Source: Octopus vulgaris
Lineage: Eukaryota
Reading direction: 5' to 3'
DNA: 64,000 nucleotides
NCBI GenBank assembly: GCA_951406725.2
Contig: OX597821.1
Span: forward strand, 83,576,001 to 83,640,000
Positions 53,190 to 64,000 of the stretch are shown piece after piece. Each line of letters opens with the position of its first letter. The stretch's first letter is position 1. The notes beneath the pieces are model-generated. The model ran no database searches and was not told the origin of the DNA. It saw only the letters and a list, made by a program, of their open reading frames with translations. The position numbers and the translations under genes are program-made.

Positions 53190-54045
53190 ACCTTTCCCCT
53201 AGAAGATGATGTTGACCAGGTATACGCCATGTCACCTCTGTTGTTCATTCAGCGAATGAAACACGGCCAGTACTGATATCCAAAGGCTCAACCTGTGCAC
53301 GCTCTTCTATGCTGATATGTATTCCACCATACGGCAAACCACAGGTATACGACTCCAATATAGAAGTGACAAAGATTCGGTTTAACAGGGAAAATAAATG
53401 AAACACGGTTGAACACTTTAAAGACTGAATATACAGAATACTGCCATCAGACGGAAGGCAACATCAATATTAATGGTCAGAAACTGACCAAAAATACCCA
53501 GTTCAAGTAGTTGGGTTCTACTATACGATCCTATGGAGATACTATCATAGATGAACGAATGCGTGTTAATGCTGTGTAGTTGAAGTGGAGACAAATGTTT
53601 GGAATCCTCTTGTGACCAGAGATGCCTGTACTATTGAATATGACACCTATATCCAAAAAGGAACAGGGGTGAGATAGCGCGCCCAGTGTTCCTTTATGTA
53701 TATGATTGTTCGTCTGTCTCTAAGAAATATGGACATGGCATGACATGGAAATGTGGACGCTTCGCTAGTGTTGGAGCTGGCTAAACTAGACTAGAGAGGA
53801 CCACGACACCAAGGAAGCCGCTTGAATAGTCGTTGGACTATCTCTAAATAATGTGAGAGATGTGCATCCGTTGGTATGAACAGTATAAGCACGGTGCGTA
53901 AAGAGCCCTGAGATGGTACGATGGTGCGCAGAAGGACAAAGCAACGATCGCCTGAGAGTATGTACAATATATCAACATCACCACCAGGCCGTACTAAGTG
54001 GAGGAAAGGCATGCAAGAATACAGATTTCATCCGAGGGATAATGC
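53190..54045 (+). pseudogene. RTE-clade LINE RT remnant
   Basis: Degraded frame ...QFK*LGS...RMRVNAV*LKWRQMFGIL-CD..MP.LL..., typical of the RTE ORF C-terminal half. Confidence 0.6.
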
Positions 54046-54074
54046 AAGATTAACTGACAATATATACTTTAAGC

Positions 54075-54292
54075 GAAGGCGGTGAGCTGGCAGGATCGTT
54101 AGCACGCCGGGCAAAATTCTTAGCGGTATTTTGTCTGCTGTTACGTTCTGAGTTCAAATTCCGCCAAGGTCGACTTTGCCTTTCATCCTTTCGGGGTTGA
54201 TAAATTAAGTACCAGTCTCGTACTGGAGTCAATCTAATCGACTGGCCTCCTCCACCAAACTTTCGGGTATTGTGCCTAGAGTAGAAAAGAAT
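54075..54292 (+). mobile_element. SINE family B variant (alternative tail ...gtgcctagagtagaaaagaat)
   Basis: Family-B head and body, different 3' end. Confidence 0.8.
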
Positions 54293-54294
54293 CT

Positions 54295-54700
54295 CTTTGC
54301 TCTTTTACTTGTTTCAGTCATTTGACTGCGGCCATGCTGGAGCACCGCCTTTAGTCGAGCAAATCGACCCCGGGACTTATTCTTTGTAAGCCCAGTACTT
54401 ATTCTATCGATCTCTTCTGCCGAACCGCTAAGTGACGGGGACGTAAACACACCAGCATCGGTTGTCAAGCAATGCTAGGGGGACAAACACAGACACACAA
54501 ACATATATACGCACACACTTATATATAAACATATATACAACAGGCTTCTTTCAGTTTCCGTCTAACAAATCCACTCACAAGGCATTGGTCGGCCCGGGAC
54601 TATAGCAGAAGACACTTGCCCAAGATGCCACGCAGTGGGACTGAACCCGGAACCATGTGGTTGGTTAGCAAGCTACTTACCACACAGCCACTCCTGCGCC
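54295..54700 (-). mobile_element. SINE family A, young subfamily
   Basis: Near-identical to 52264-52680. Confidence 0.9.
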
Positions 54701-56061
54701 ATCAAATGATCGATCGTTAGCACGCCGGGCAAAATGCTTAGTGGCATTTCAGCCAAAGCAAAATGCACAGCGACATTTTCGTTCTGAGCTCAAATTCCAC
54801 CGAAGTTGACTTTGCCTTTCATCTTTTCGGAGACGATAAAGTAAATAAAGGCTGATTACTGTGAGCGATGTAATCGACTTGCCCTTCCCCCTAATTTGCT
54901 AGCCCTGAGCCAAAATTTGGAACGAATTGTTTGACCTTCAGATACAAAATAAGACACGAGCAGTAGATACGAACGGAGTGTTTAATACCTCCGTGAAGCT
55001 AAATCCTTATCACATCATACTCTTAGGGAGGGACTTATTGCGTGGATATCAAAAAGAGAAAAAAATGGGATGCGTACAACTGGGACGTCTTTGATAATAA
55101 GTTTCTTCCTGGTCCTGAAGTGACCTGAGGCTAAAAATAACAACTCACCGTGAGGTGGGCCAATCAATATTTTATGTAATAAACTATTTCACCTAACAAG
55201 GCGCCGAACATTATCAACCACCACCACAGCTATCATCATCATCATCATCATGTTAAATACTTCTGTTCTTCATGAAGTTGGACATAGTATGGCCGAACGA
55301 TTAAGAAATTCACTTCGCAACTATGCGATCGCGGGTCGAACTCAGAATGGCAACTCGGACGGGTGTCACATGAGAGAAATTGGGTAGGCGGAAACTGTGT
55401 GGAAGCCCGTCGGACAGATCGTATCCAGAACATTAAGGTCCCATCACGACACTCTGATTCTATCAGAGAATTATGTTAAAAGTACACATGCCTAGGGGCT
55501 GCTAACTCACTCACACACTGATTCAAAGAATAGACAGTTCAAATGATCAAGAAACAGAATACCCCTCGTCGAAACAGACGGAGATCCATTCTATATTATT
55601 ATTCTTTATATTGAGTGTAGCTGTTTATAATGTAAAGCAGTGCTCAACAATGACCATTTCATTCCTCCTTCTACAGAGGGATTGGTTCAGACCACACCTA
55701 CGTCCAGAATCAACAAGACAGCCTCTATGTAATCGCTCGACTGCTAGAAACAGCAGCCAAATTTCCAACTGGATAATGTAATCTTGGATATCATTTCCAG
55801 TTGATAATTGCTTTTATGTGCCCGTGAAGTGGCGCACTGCCATACACACACTCTAGGCTCTCACACACTTCAATTAGCAGAATGTTAAGGATGTGACAGT
55901 GAGAGAGTAAGAATGAGAGAGAGGGAGAGAAGGGCTGCAACAGAATTCAGCTGGTACTCCATGGACCCCGAAAGGATGAAAAACTAAGTTATCACGAGAG
56001 CAAAATATCGTAACGCGTTTTATCTTGACTCTGCTGGTCGACAAACACACGTTTCCAATAA

Positions 56062-56453
56062 TGGATGGAAGCACTCCGTCGGTTACGACGATGAGGGTTC
56101 CGGTTGATCCGAATCAACGGAACAGCCTGCTCGTGAAATTAACGTGTAAGTGGCTGAGCACTTCACAGACACGTGTACCCTTAACGTAGTTCTCGGGGAT
56201 ATTCAGCGTGACACAGAGAGTGACAAGGCCGGCCCTTTGAAATACAGGTACACCAGAAACAGGAAGTAAAAGTGGGAGAAAGTTGTGGTGAAAGAGTACA
56301 GCAGGGATCACATCCATCCCCTGCCGGAGCCTCGTGGAGCTTTTTAGGTGTTTTTTCGCTCAATAAACACTCACAACGCCCGGTCTGGGAATCGAAACCG
56401 CGATCCTATGACCGCGAGTCCGCTGCCCTAACCACTGGGCCATTGCGTCTCCA
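56062..56453 (-). mobile_element. tRNA-derived SINE family C (tail type 2), full-length with TSD
   Basis: Head TGGAGACGCAATGGCCCAGTGGTTAGGGCAGCGGACTCGCGG; TSD (ca)cgtttccaataa on both sides. Confidence 0.88.
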
Positions 56454-56490
56454 CGTTTCCAATAAACACACACACACACACACACACATA

Positions 56491-56713
56491 CGAGGATGTA
56501 CTGAAAAGTTCCTGGTTTTGGGCAAAAGAAAATACAAGAGGATCAGTTAATTATGATTTTACCCAACATATTCCTCTCTCTCTCTCAGATTCACACACTT
56601 ATTGCAGCGGTCCTTCAGTATTTCTAAGCCCTGTAAAAGAACACAGCAGGTCGGGCCTCCAATCAGGCCATTCGCGACACCCTTAAAGCTAGGAACTTTT
56701 CAGCACCTCCTTG
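56491..56713. mobile_element. mariner-type MITE
   Basis: TA|CGAGGATGTACTGAAAAGTTCCT ... AGGAACTTTTCAGCACCTCCTTG|TA imperfect TIRs. Confidence 0.75.
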
Positions 56714-57097
56714 TATATGTTATCTTTCACATGTTTCAACCATAAGATTGCGGCCAGGCTGGGGCACCGTCTTGAAGAATCTTTTTAGTCGAATGAACGG
56801 ACTCCAGTACATTTTTTTTTTATGCCAGGTACTTTATTAGATCGTCTCTTTTTGCCGAACCGCTAAGTTACGGGGACGTAAATAAGCCAAAACCGATTGT
56901 AAAGCGATGGTGGGGACAAACATAGACAAACATACACACACACATATATATATGAGGGGCTTCTTTCAGTTTCCGTCTATTCACACGGCTTTGGTTGACC
57001 CGAGGCTATAGAAAATATTTGCCCCAAGCGTCGCGCAGTGGGACTGAACCCGGATCCATGTGCTTAGGAAGCAAACTTCTTACCATACACGCACATA

Positions 57098-57130
<33 letters not shown>

Positions 57131-57930
57131 AGGACAGACAGGTGCTACGCATTTCCAGCAATGTGAGCAGGAAATAAGATGCCTTGTTGAAGTCCGAGAA
57201 TGGAATCTTACGATAATATTGTGTGAAATAGCTTAATCACAAGACCACCTTAGTATTTCTATCGTTACCCTCTGCCGTACCGATAGGTTATAGGACCTTA
57301 AACAAACCAATGCCGGTTGTCAAGCGGTGAAGGGAAAAGCATAAGACACACAGGCACAAACACACACACACACACGCACGCACACACACACACACACTCG
57401 CACACACATACAACAGGCCTTCAACAGTTTCCAGATACCAAATTCACTCAGAAGGCTGATCGCTCGAGACTACGGCGGGGAAACACTTGCACAAGATGCC
57501 GCGCAGTTGGACCGAACCCCAAACCATGCGACTCCGATGCGAAGTTTTTGACCACACAGCCATGCTTGTGTGTGTGTGTGTGTGTGTTTCTCTCTCTCTC
57601 TCTCTCACACATTATTTGAATATAGAGCAGATATGCGTATGTAGGTTTGAATTTCGCTTCTCAACTACGTGTATCTGCGTTCGAACCCAGAACGACGCCC
57701 ATTAGGCGAGTGTCGTTTGGCGTAACTTCGGATAAGTTGAAATTTAATGGACTGAACGATGTATAAAGCCGGTCGTCGTATGCACGTATGTATAATGTCC
57801 GTGTTTACAGCGTAAACACAGTGTTGTTTGTGCTCGTGTTTATTTGTAACCCGTTCTTAACAGTTTGACTCTTAGATACCGACAAAATACATACTAGCCA
57901 GAAGAGAAATTAATATTTAAGCAAGCCAAA

Positions 57931-58512
57931 CGGGCGCAGGCGTGGCTGTGTGGTAAAGAAGCCTGCTTCCTAAACACGGTTTCGGGTTCAGTCCCGCTGT
58001 ATGGCACCTTGGCCAAGTGTCTTCTGCTATAGCCTCGAACCGACCAAAGCCTTGTGAATGAATTTGGTCGACGAAAACCTTAAGAAGCCCGTCGTATATA
58101 TGTATATATATTTCTTTACTACCCACAAGGGGCTAAACATAGAGGGGACAGACAAACGGATTAAGTCGATTACATCGACCCCAGTGCGTAACTGGTACTT
58201 AATTTATCGACCCCCGAAAGCATTAAAGGCAAAGTCGACCTCGGCGGAATTTGAACTCGGAACGTAACGACAGACGAAATACAGCTACGCATCTCGCCCG
58301 ACGTGCTAACAACTCTGCCAGCTCGCCGCCTTATGTATATATCATTGTTTGACGACCGATGTTGGTGTGGTTACGTCCACGTAACTTAGTGGTTCGGCAA
58401 AATATATGAATAGAATAAGTAACAAGCTTACAAAGAATCAGTCGTGGGATCGATTTCTTCGACTAAAATAAAAACCCCTTAAAGGCGGTGCTCCAGCATA
58501 GCCGCAGTCACA
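57931..58512 (+). mobile_element. SINE family A with a family-B SINE (~58110-58332, minus) nested in its internal microsatellite
   Basis: The family-A halves flank a complete family-B copy; TSD tatgtatatat. Confidence 0.82.
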
Positions 58513-59433
58513 TAACGAACTAGTAAAAAAAACCAAAAAAAAAAAACCCCTTCAAGATAGTTCTGTGTCGTGTGCGATGTCCAATGACTTGAAACCAGTA
58601 AAAAAATGTACCTACACACGTGCGAGCACGAATGTGTGTGTGCGCCTGTACGAGAGAAGTTTGTGTGACTGTGTGTGCGTCGCCGATCAAGAACAAAAAG
58701 GAAAAAAACACATACAATAGCCACATCAAAAAGATTTCTGAAACTGTCCCGATATTAACTCAGCTTAATATTTTCCTCCGGCACGTAAACATTTTTTTTT
58801 TTTTTTTTCTGAGAAAATTATATACACGCTTTCAATCATACATTAATTGCCAGATTCAAATTAAACCTGTGCGTGTGTATGTGAGGGAAGTCACGGCAGA
58901 TTGTCACATTGGCATTTTCGCCCACATGTGTGCTTTTACCTATCTTATCAGCACGTTTCATTTTCTTTCAAAAACGTAAACATCTGAGGGTGATATTACA
59001 CACGTACAATCGCACAAATGTGTACTCACAAAAAATACATTTACTTGTTTCTAATTCTCTCTCTCTCTCTCCCTCTTATATATATATATTGAATGTATAC
59101 ATTATACACATTTACGCGTATGTAGGCTTATATATGTGTGTGTGTATTAATATAATATAATATATATATAATATAATATAATATAATATATATATATATA
59201 TATATATTATATTATATTAGAGATAAAACCACTATTAGGCAAATCAAACAATGAAAAACTTAAGCCAATACATAAAATTAATTAATTTATATTATTTTAA
59301 ATATATATCATAAGTATTAAAAGATTAATAAAAGATTGAACACGAACACATTATACACAAAGTTACATGCATATAGCCATTTATAAACACACACACACAC
59401 ACGCATATAAGGATAGATAGATATAAGCTAGAT

Positions 59434-60000
59434 AGGCGGCGAGCTGGCAGAATCGTTAGCACGCCGGGCGAAATGCGTAACCGGATATCGTCTGCCGTTA
59501 CGTTCTGAGTTCAAATTCCGCCGAGGTTGACTTTGCCTTTCATCCTTTCTGGGTCGATTAAATAAGTACCAGTTACGCACGGGGATCGATGTAATCGACT
59601 TAATCCCTTTGTCTGTCCTTGTTTGTCCTCTCTGTGTTTAGCCCCTTGTGGGTAGTAAAGAAATAGGCATTTCGTCTGCCGCTACGTTCTGAGTTCAAAT
59701 TCCGCCGAGGTCGACTTTGCTTTCATTCCTTTTGGGGTCGATATAATCAACTTAACCCGTTTGTCTGTCCTGGTTTGTGCCCTCTGTGTGTAGCCCCTTG
59801 TGGGCAGTAAAGAAATAAGAGAGGTAGATAGATACCTATTTCTTTACTACCCTCAAGGGGCTAAACACAGAGAGGACAGACAAAGGGATTAAGTCGATTA
59901 TATCGACCCCAATGCGTAACTGGTACTTATTTAATCGACCCCGAAAGGATGAAAGGCAAAGTCGACCTGGGCGGAATTTGAACTCAGAACGTAGCGGCAG
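59434..60000. mobile_element. SINE family B dimer (+, 59434-59818) followed by an inverted copy (-, 59836-60000)
   Basis: Direct sequence comparison; tail-to-tail arrangement with a ~20-bp spacer. Confidence 0.85.
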
Positions 60001-60484
60001 TTTACACAGTTACTATCTACCAAATTCACTCACATCGGTCACAGGTACGCAACGTGCCGCGCAGTGGTGCTGAACCCTAAACCACGTGGTTCCAAAGCTC
60101 TCTGACCACATAACCATTCCAGTGCTTACACACACACACACACACTCAAAAATGTTCGGGTTCAGTCCCTCAGCACGTCTTCTACAATGGCCAGCCAATG
60201 CCTTCTGTAGTTGGTAGATGGAAAACTGAGGAATCTCGTTGTGTTTTGGTAGGTGAAAGCTGTGAGGAATATGTGTGTGCGCGCGTTTTTGCGTTACCCC
60301 TACCTTGCTGGTTTGTTGACGTCCCCGTACGGCAAAAGAAGAGTGGGGTAGAATAAGTAGCAGAGTTAACAGTGAGTACAAGGCACGATTTTCTCGGTTA
60401 CACTTTCGAAGGTAGAGCTCCAGCATAGCCGCAGGCTAATAATATATATGTGTGTGTGTGTGTGTATATATATATAAAACGATT

Positions 60485-60778
60485 AACTTCGCCCTTTTCA
60501 AGCCTAGCCAGGCTCATGGGCCCGGTTTCCCGGTTTCGGTGGCGTATGTGTTCCCCCACCCAGCTGGACGGGACGCCAGTCCATCGCAGCGTTACTCAAG
60601 AAAGAGGAAGTTGTGGTGAAAAAGTACAAAAGGGGTCGCTATCACCCCCTGCCGGAGTCTCGTGGAGCTTTTAGGTATTTTCGCTCAATAAACACACACA
60701 ACGCCCGGTCTGGGAATCGAAACTGCGATCCTCCAACCGCGAGTCCGCTGCCCTAACCAGTGAGTCATTGCGCCTCCA
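60485..60778 (-). mobile_element. tRNA-derived SINE family C (tail type 3)
   Basis: Same head as the 14.2-kb and 56.4-kb copies; 3' part ...gcgatggactggcgtcccgtccagc...gaaaccgggaaaccgggccc. Confidence 0.8.
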
Positions 60779-60805
60779 CACACACACACATATATATATA
60801 CATAC

Positions 60806-60837
<32 letters not shown>

Positions 60838-61238
60838 TAGCCTTCTCCTGTTTGTCATTAAATTGCGGCCATGCTGGGGCACCGCCTTGAAGAATTTTTA
60901 GTCAAATGCGTTGACTCCAGTACTTATTTTTTTCAAAACCTGATACTTTTGACAAACCGCTAAGTTACCGAGACGTAAACACATCAGCACCGGTTGTCAA
61001 GTGGAAGTGTAGATGGATAACAAACACAAAGATATATACAAATATATATATATATATATATATACGACGAGCTTCTTTTAGTTTCCGTCAGCCAAATTTC
61101 TTCACAAGGCTTTGGTCGATCCGAGGCTATAGAAGAAGACACTTGCCCAAGATGCCATGCAGTGGGACTGAACCCGGAACCATGTGGTTGAGAAGCTTCT
61201 TATACAACCACGCGTGCGTCTATAATAAAAGAACCAGT

Positions 61239-61311
61239 CGCCCAACGTGGGGCTCGAACCCACGATCCCGATATTAAGAGTCTCGTGCTCTACCGACTTA
61301 GCTAGCCGATG
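61239..61311 (-). tRNA. tRNA-Lys(CTT), probably a pseudogene
   Basis: CATCGGCTAGCTAAGTCGGTAGAGCACGAGACTCTTAATATCGGGATCGTGGGTTCGAGCCCCACGTTGGGCG closely matches metazoan tRNA-Lys-CTT; the first three acceptor bases, C13 and C40 are altered; TTTT follows shortly downstream. Confidence 0.85.
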
Positions 61312-61382
61312 TATATCTATGTGTGCGTGTGTGTGTTTACACATTAACATACATACATGTGCAAATCTATCGTTCTCTCTCT

Positions 61383-61385
<3 letters not shown>

Positions 61386-61453
<68 letters not shown>

Positions 61454-61525
61454 TATGTATGTATGTATGTATGTATGTATGTATGTATGTATGTATGTAT
61501 GAATGTATGTATGCATGCATGTATG
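61386..61525. repeat. (TG)n + (TATG)n microsatellite
   Basis: Directly visible. Confidence 0.95.
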
Positions 61526-61785
61526 TATACACACACATTCGTAATATATACAGATATATTATAAGTGTAGACATGACAATGCTTCAAGAAGTTCGCATGG
61601 TGTCATGTACTATACAAGTGAATTTGGTAGAGGGAAACTGAATGGAAGCCCGTCGTATATTTGGAGATTATATATATATATATATAGTGTTTTACTCTTT
61701 ATCTTTTATTAAACTTTTAATACTTTTGATATTTAAAAAAAAAATTAATTAATTAATTAATTAAATAATATATAAATATAAAAAT

Positions 61786-61819
<34 letters not shown>

Positions 61820-61966
61820 TTGTATATATATATAAAAGTTATAAGTTTAAATTATTTAAATAATTTTTTAATTTTTAACTTTTATATTTTTAAATTAATT
61901 TTATGTATTGACTTATGATTTTCACTGTTTGATTTGCCTAATAGTGGTTTTATCTCTAATTTAATA

Positions 61967-62023
<57 letters not shown>

Positions 62024-62457
62024 GAATGCGTGTGTGTAACATACACATTTATTTAAGTCATTTGTGAGTCAGTAACTTGAAGAGTTTAGTCGATCAAATA
62101 TATCCCCAGCACTTATTATTTTAAGCTTGATCGGTTCCCGTTATCTAACCGCTACGTTACACTGTCACAAACAAACCAAAACTGTTTGTAAAATAGTGTG
62201 AAACAAATACACACACAGACTCTCTCTCTCACACACACACACACATATCTTTTTATATTTAAATATCCTTATGTACACATACACACACACATTTACATAT
62301 GTATTATTTACATCAACAAACACACACACACACACATGTGTATGCTTGTGTCTTTTTATTTAGCTGTAACTCAAGGTCAGAGAGTTTCGTGGTTTGCACT
62401 TAAACTAAACATGCATGCATGTGTGTGTGCATATAAATAAATAGATAAAAAAATTAC

Positions 62458-62488
<31 letters not shown>

Positions 62489-62701
62489 CATACAGTATGC
62501 ATATATTCATACATATAAATATTACAAGCGCCCGCTAATATCGATAAGAACCACACAGATGAACCCGAAAAGCACAGCATCTGAATTTTTTTGCAAACAA
62601 ACTTTTTCAAAGATTGCATAAGGAATTGGTCTACGGGATCATAAGTCTGTTTTCCAAATCTTTATGTCATAGTTCATTTACCTGGCCGCAGAGCGTAAGT
62701 A

Positions 62702-62747
<46 letters not shown>

Positions 62748-64000
62748 CGTCTAGGAACGTTAGCCTTCGTATAGTTTGGCGTCTTATCCAGGAGCTAGTT
62801 TAACTCACATCTGCTCAATATTACGAAACAGGAGCTGCTGAAGTACTGATTCTAATTAAAATTTTTGATGTGATATGTGAATTTTACAACTTTACAACCA
62901 TCAACAGAACACACTGTGCCCCTCGTAAGTGCGGGAACAAACATTTGCTTAGAAGGTGCAAACCCAGTTTTTCAGGAGGATCTTGAGAGCGTTTTCATTA
63001 CTTGCCCCCACCAAAAATAATTAAATAAATAAAAATTCAGGAAGTGCGCTCGCACCCGCTGTACCCGAGTCTATGAACTTCTTTGCCACGAAACAATCTC
63101 ATAACACCTACCCAACAACAAAACAATCTCATATCTACCCTATACCAACTACCCACCCGTCACAGAAACGTCACAACACCTGACAGCTATAGAAATCATT
63201 TCGCAATATCTACACAATCCTACTTCAAAAACGAACAACTATTAAATTGCAGAAAAAATTCCTCCACAGTAATTACTGTACATCTTTATTAATTCCGGCG
63301 TATTTTTTATGAAGTTTTAAGGAAAAACAAAATCAAGGTGATGTGACATTTATGCTTTCACCAAGGGCATTAGCGACAAAGGTGAGGCGGCGTCATTCAC
63401 CTGGAATTGAAACCCGAGCCACGAGGATGGCTGGCCGGTAACTTACCTCAACATTATTCAATGAGGGAGCGTCTTTCTTTTTTTACGTGGTTACTTGACG
63501 TGTTAGAAATAGCAACCAAGTTCCTCTCAAATCACACCCTACTGTCATATCAAAATTACAGGACAGATTGCGCGGTGGTTACATATCCGAAATAAGAGGG
63601 GATTGTCTCAATGGCTGGTAAATACTCGTTAAGGGTGAGTGCTGGGGTTCAAACAACAATACACACAAAAAAACCTACCCAGTAATATAACAACAACAGC
63701 AACAACAACCACCGGCCGATGTATCGAGAACTCTCTCTCGTACCCATAGAATAAACAGATCCTCATGAAACAACGACGGTCCTCCCGACAAACAAACAGA
63801 ACTAAAACGGCAAGTTTAGCAGCAGTGGGTAACAAACATTGAAGGGAACAGAAGAAATAGCAGTGGCGGCCGACGGAGACCTGTCCGTCTGTCTTTAGAA
63901 GAGACATGGTGCCAGGGAATGAACAGGAATGCCAACACATGGCTGCTAACTGTAGCCAGAGTGAAGGATATTAACGAGAGGCAGCTGTTGTCGACTTAAA

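Noticed and set aside
63629-64000. CpG-rich unique-looking end of the window with a 103-aa ORF
   Set aside because: No domain, splice or promoter motif identifiable; truncated by the window edge.

Overview
AT-rich, microsatellite-laden eukaryotic DNA; the repeat families look like those of an octopus (coleoid cephalopod), which is recognition from memory rather than a database result. No complete host protein-coding gene is visible. Almost all ORFs in the track are translated (TA)n/(CA)n/(GA)n/(TACA)n repeats or SINE pieces. The only real long ORF is a 5'-truncated CR1/L2-type LINE reverse transcriptase (30691-31814) inserted into a decayed pogo/Tigger element. The window is best read as the promoter, a non-coding first exon and a very long intron of a minus-strand gene. 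Two perfect CRE palindromes, a TATA-like and an Inr-like motif and a GAG|GTGAGC donor lie at 49.4-49.8 kb. This is where the DNA switches from CpG-poor (left, putative methylated gene body) to CpG-rich (right). Other content: dozens of tRNA-derived SINEs from several modular families, a non-autonomous Helitron, Tc1/mariner, pogo and piggyBac-type MITEs, RTE remnants, a decayed tRNA-Lys(CTT), several long hairpins, and a set of minimal hammerhead-ribozyme motifs in Penelope-like repeats. One of these is a double-headed inverted pair at 13.36-13.52 kb. Coordinates of degenerate repeats are approximate.
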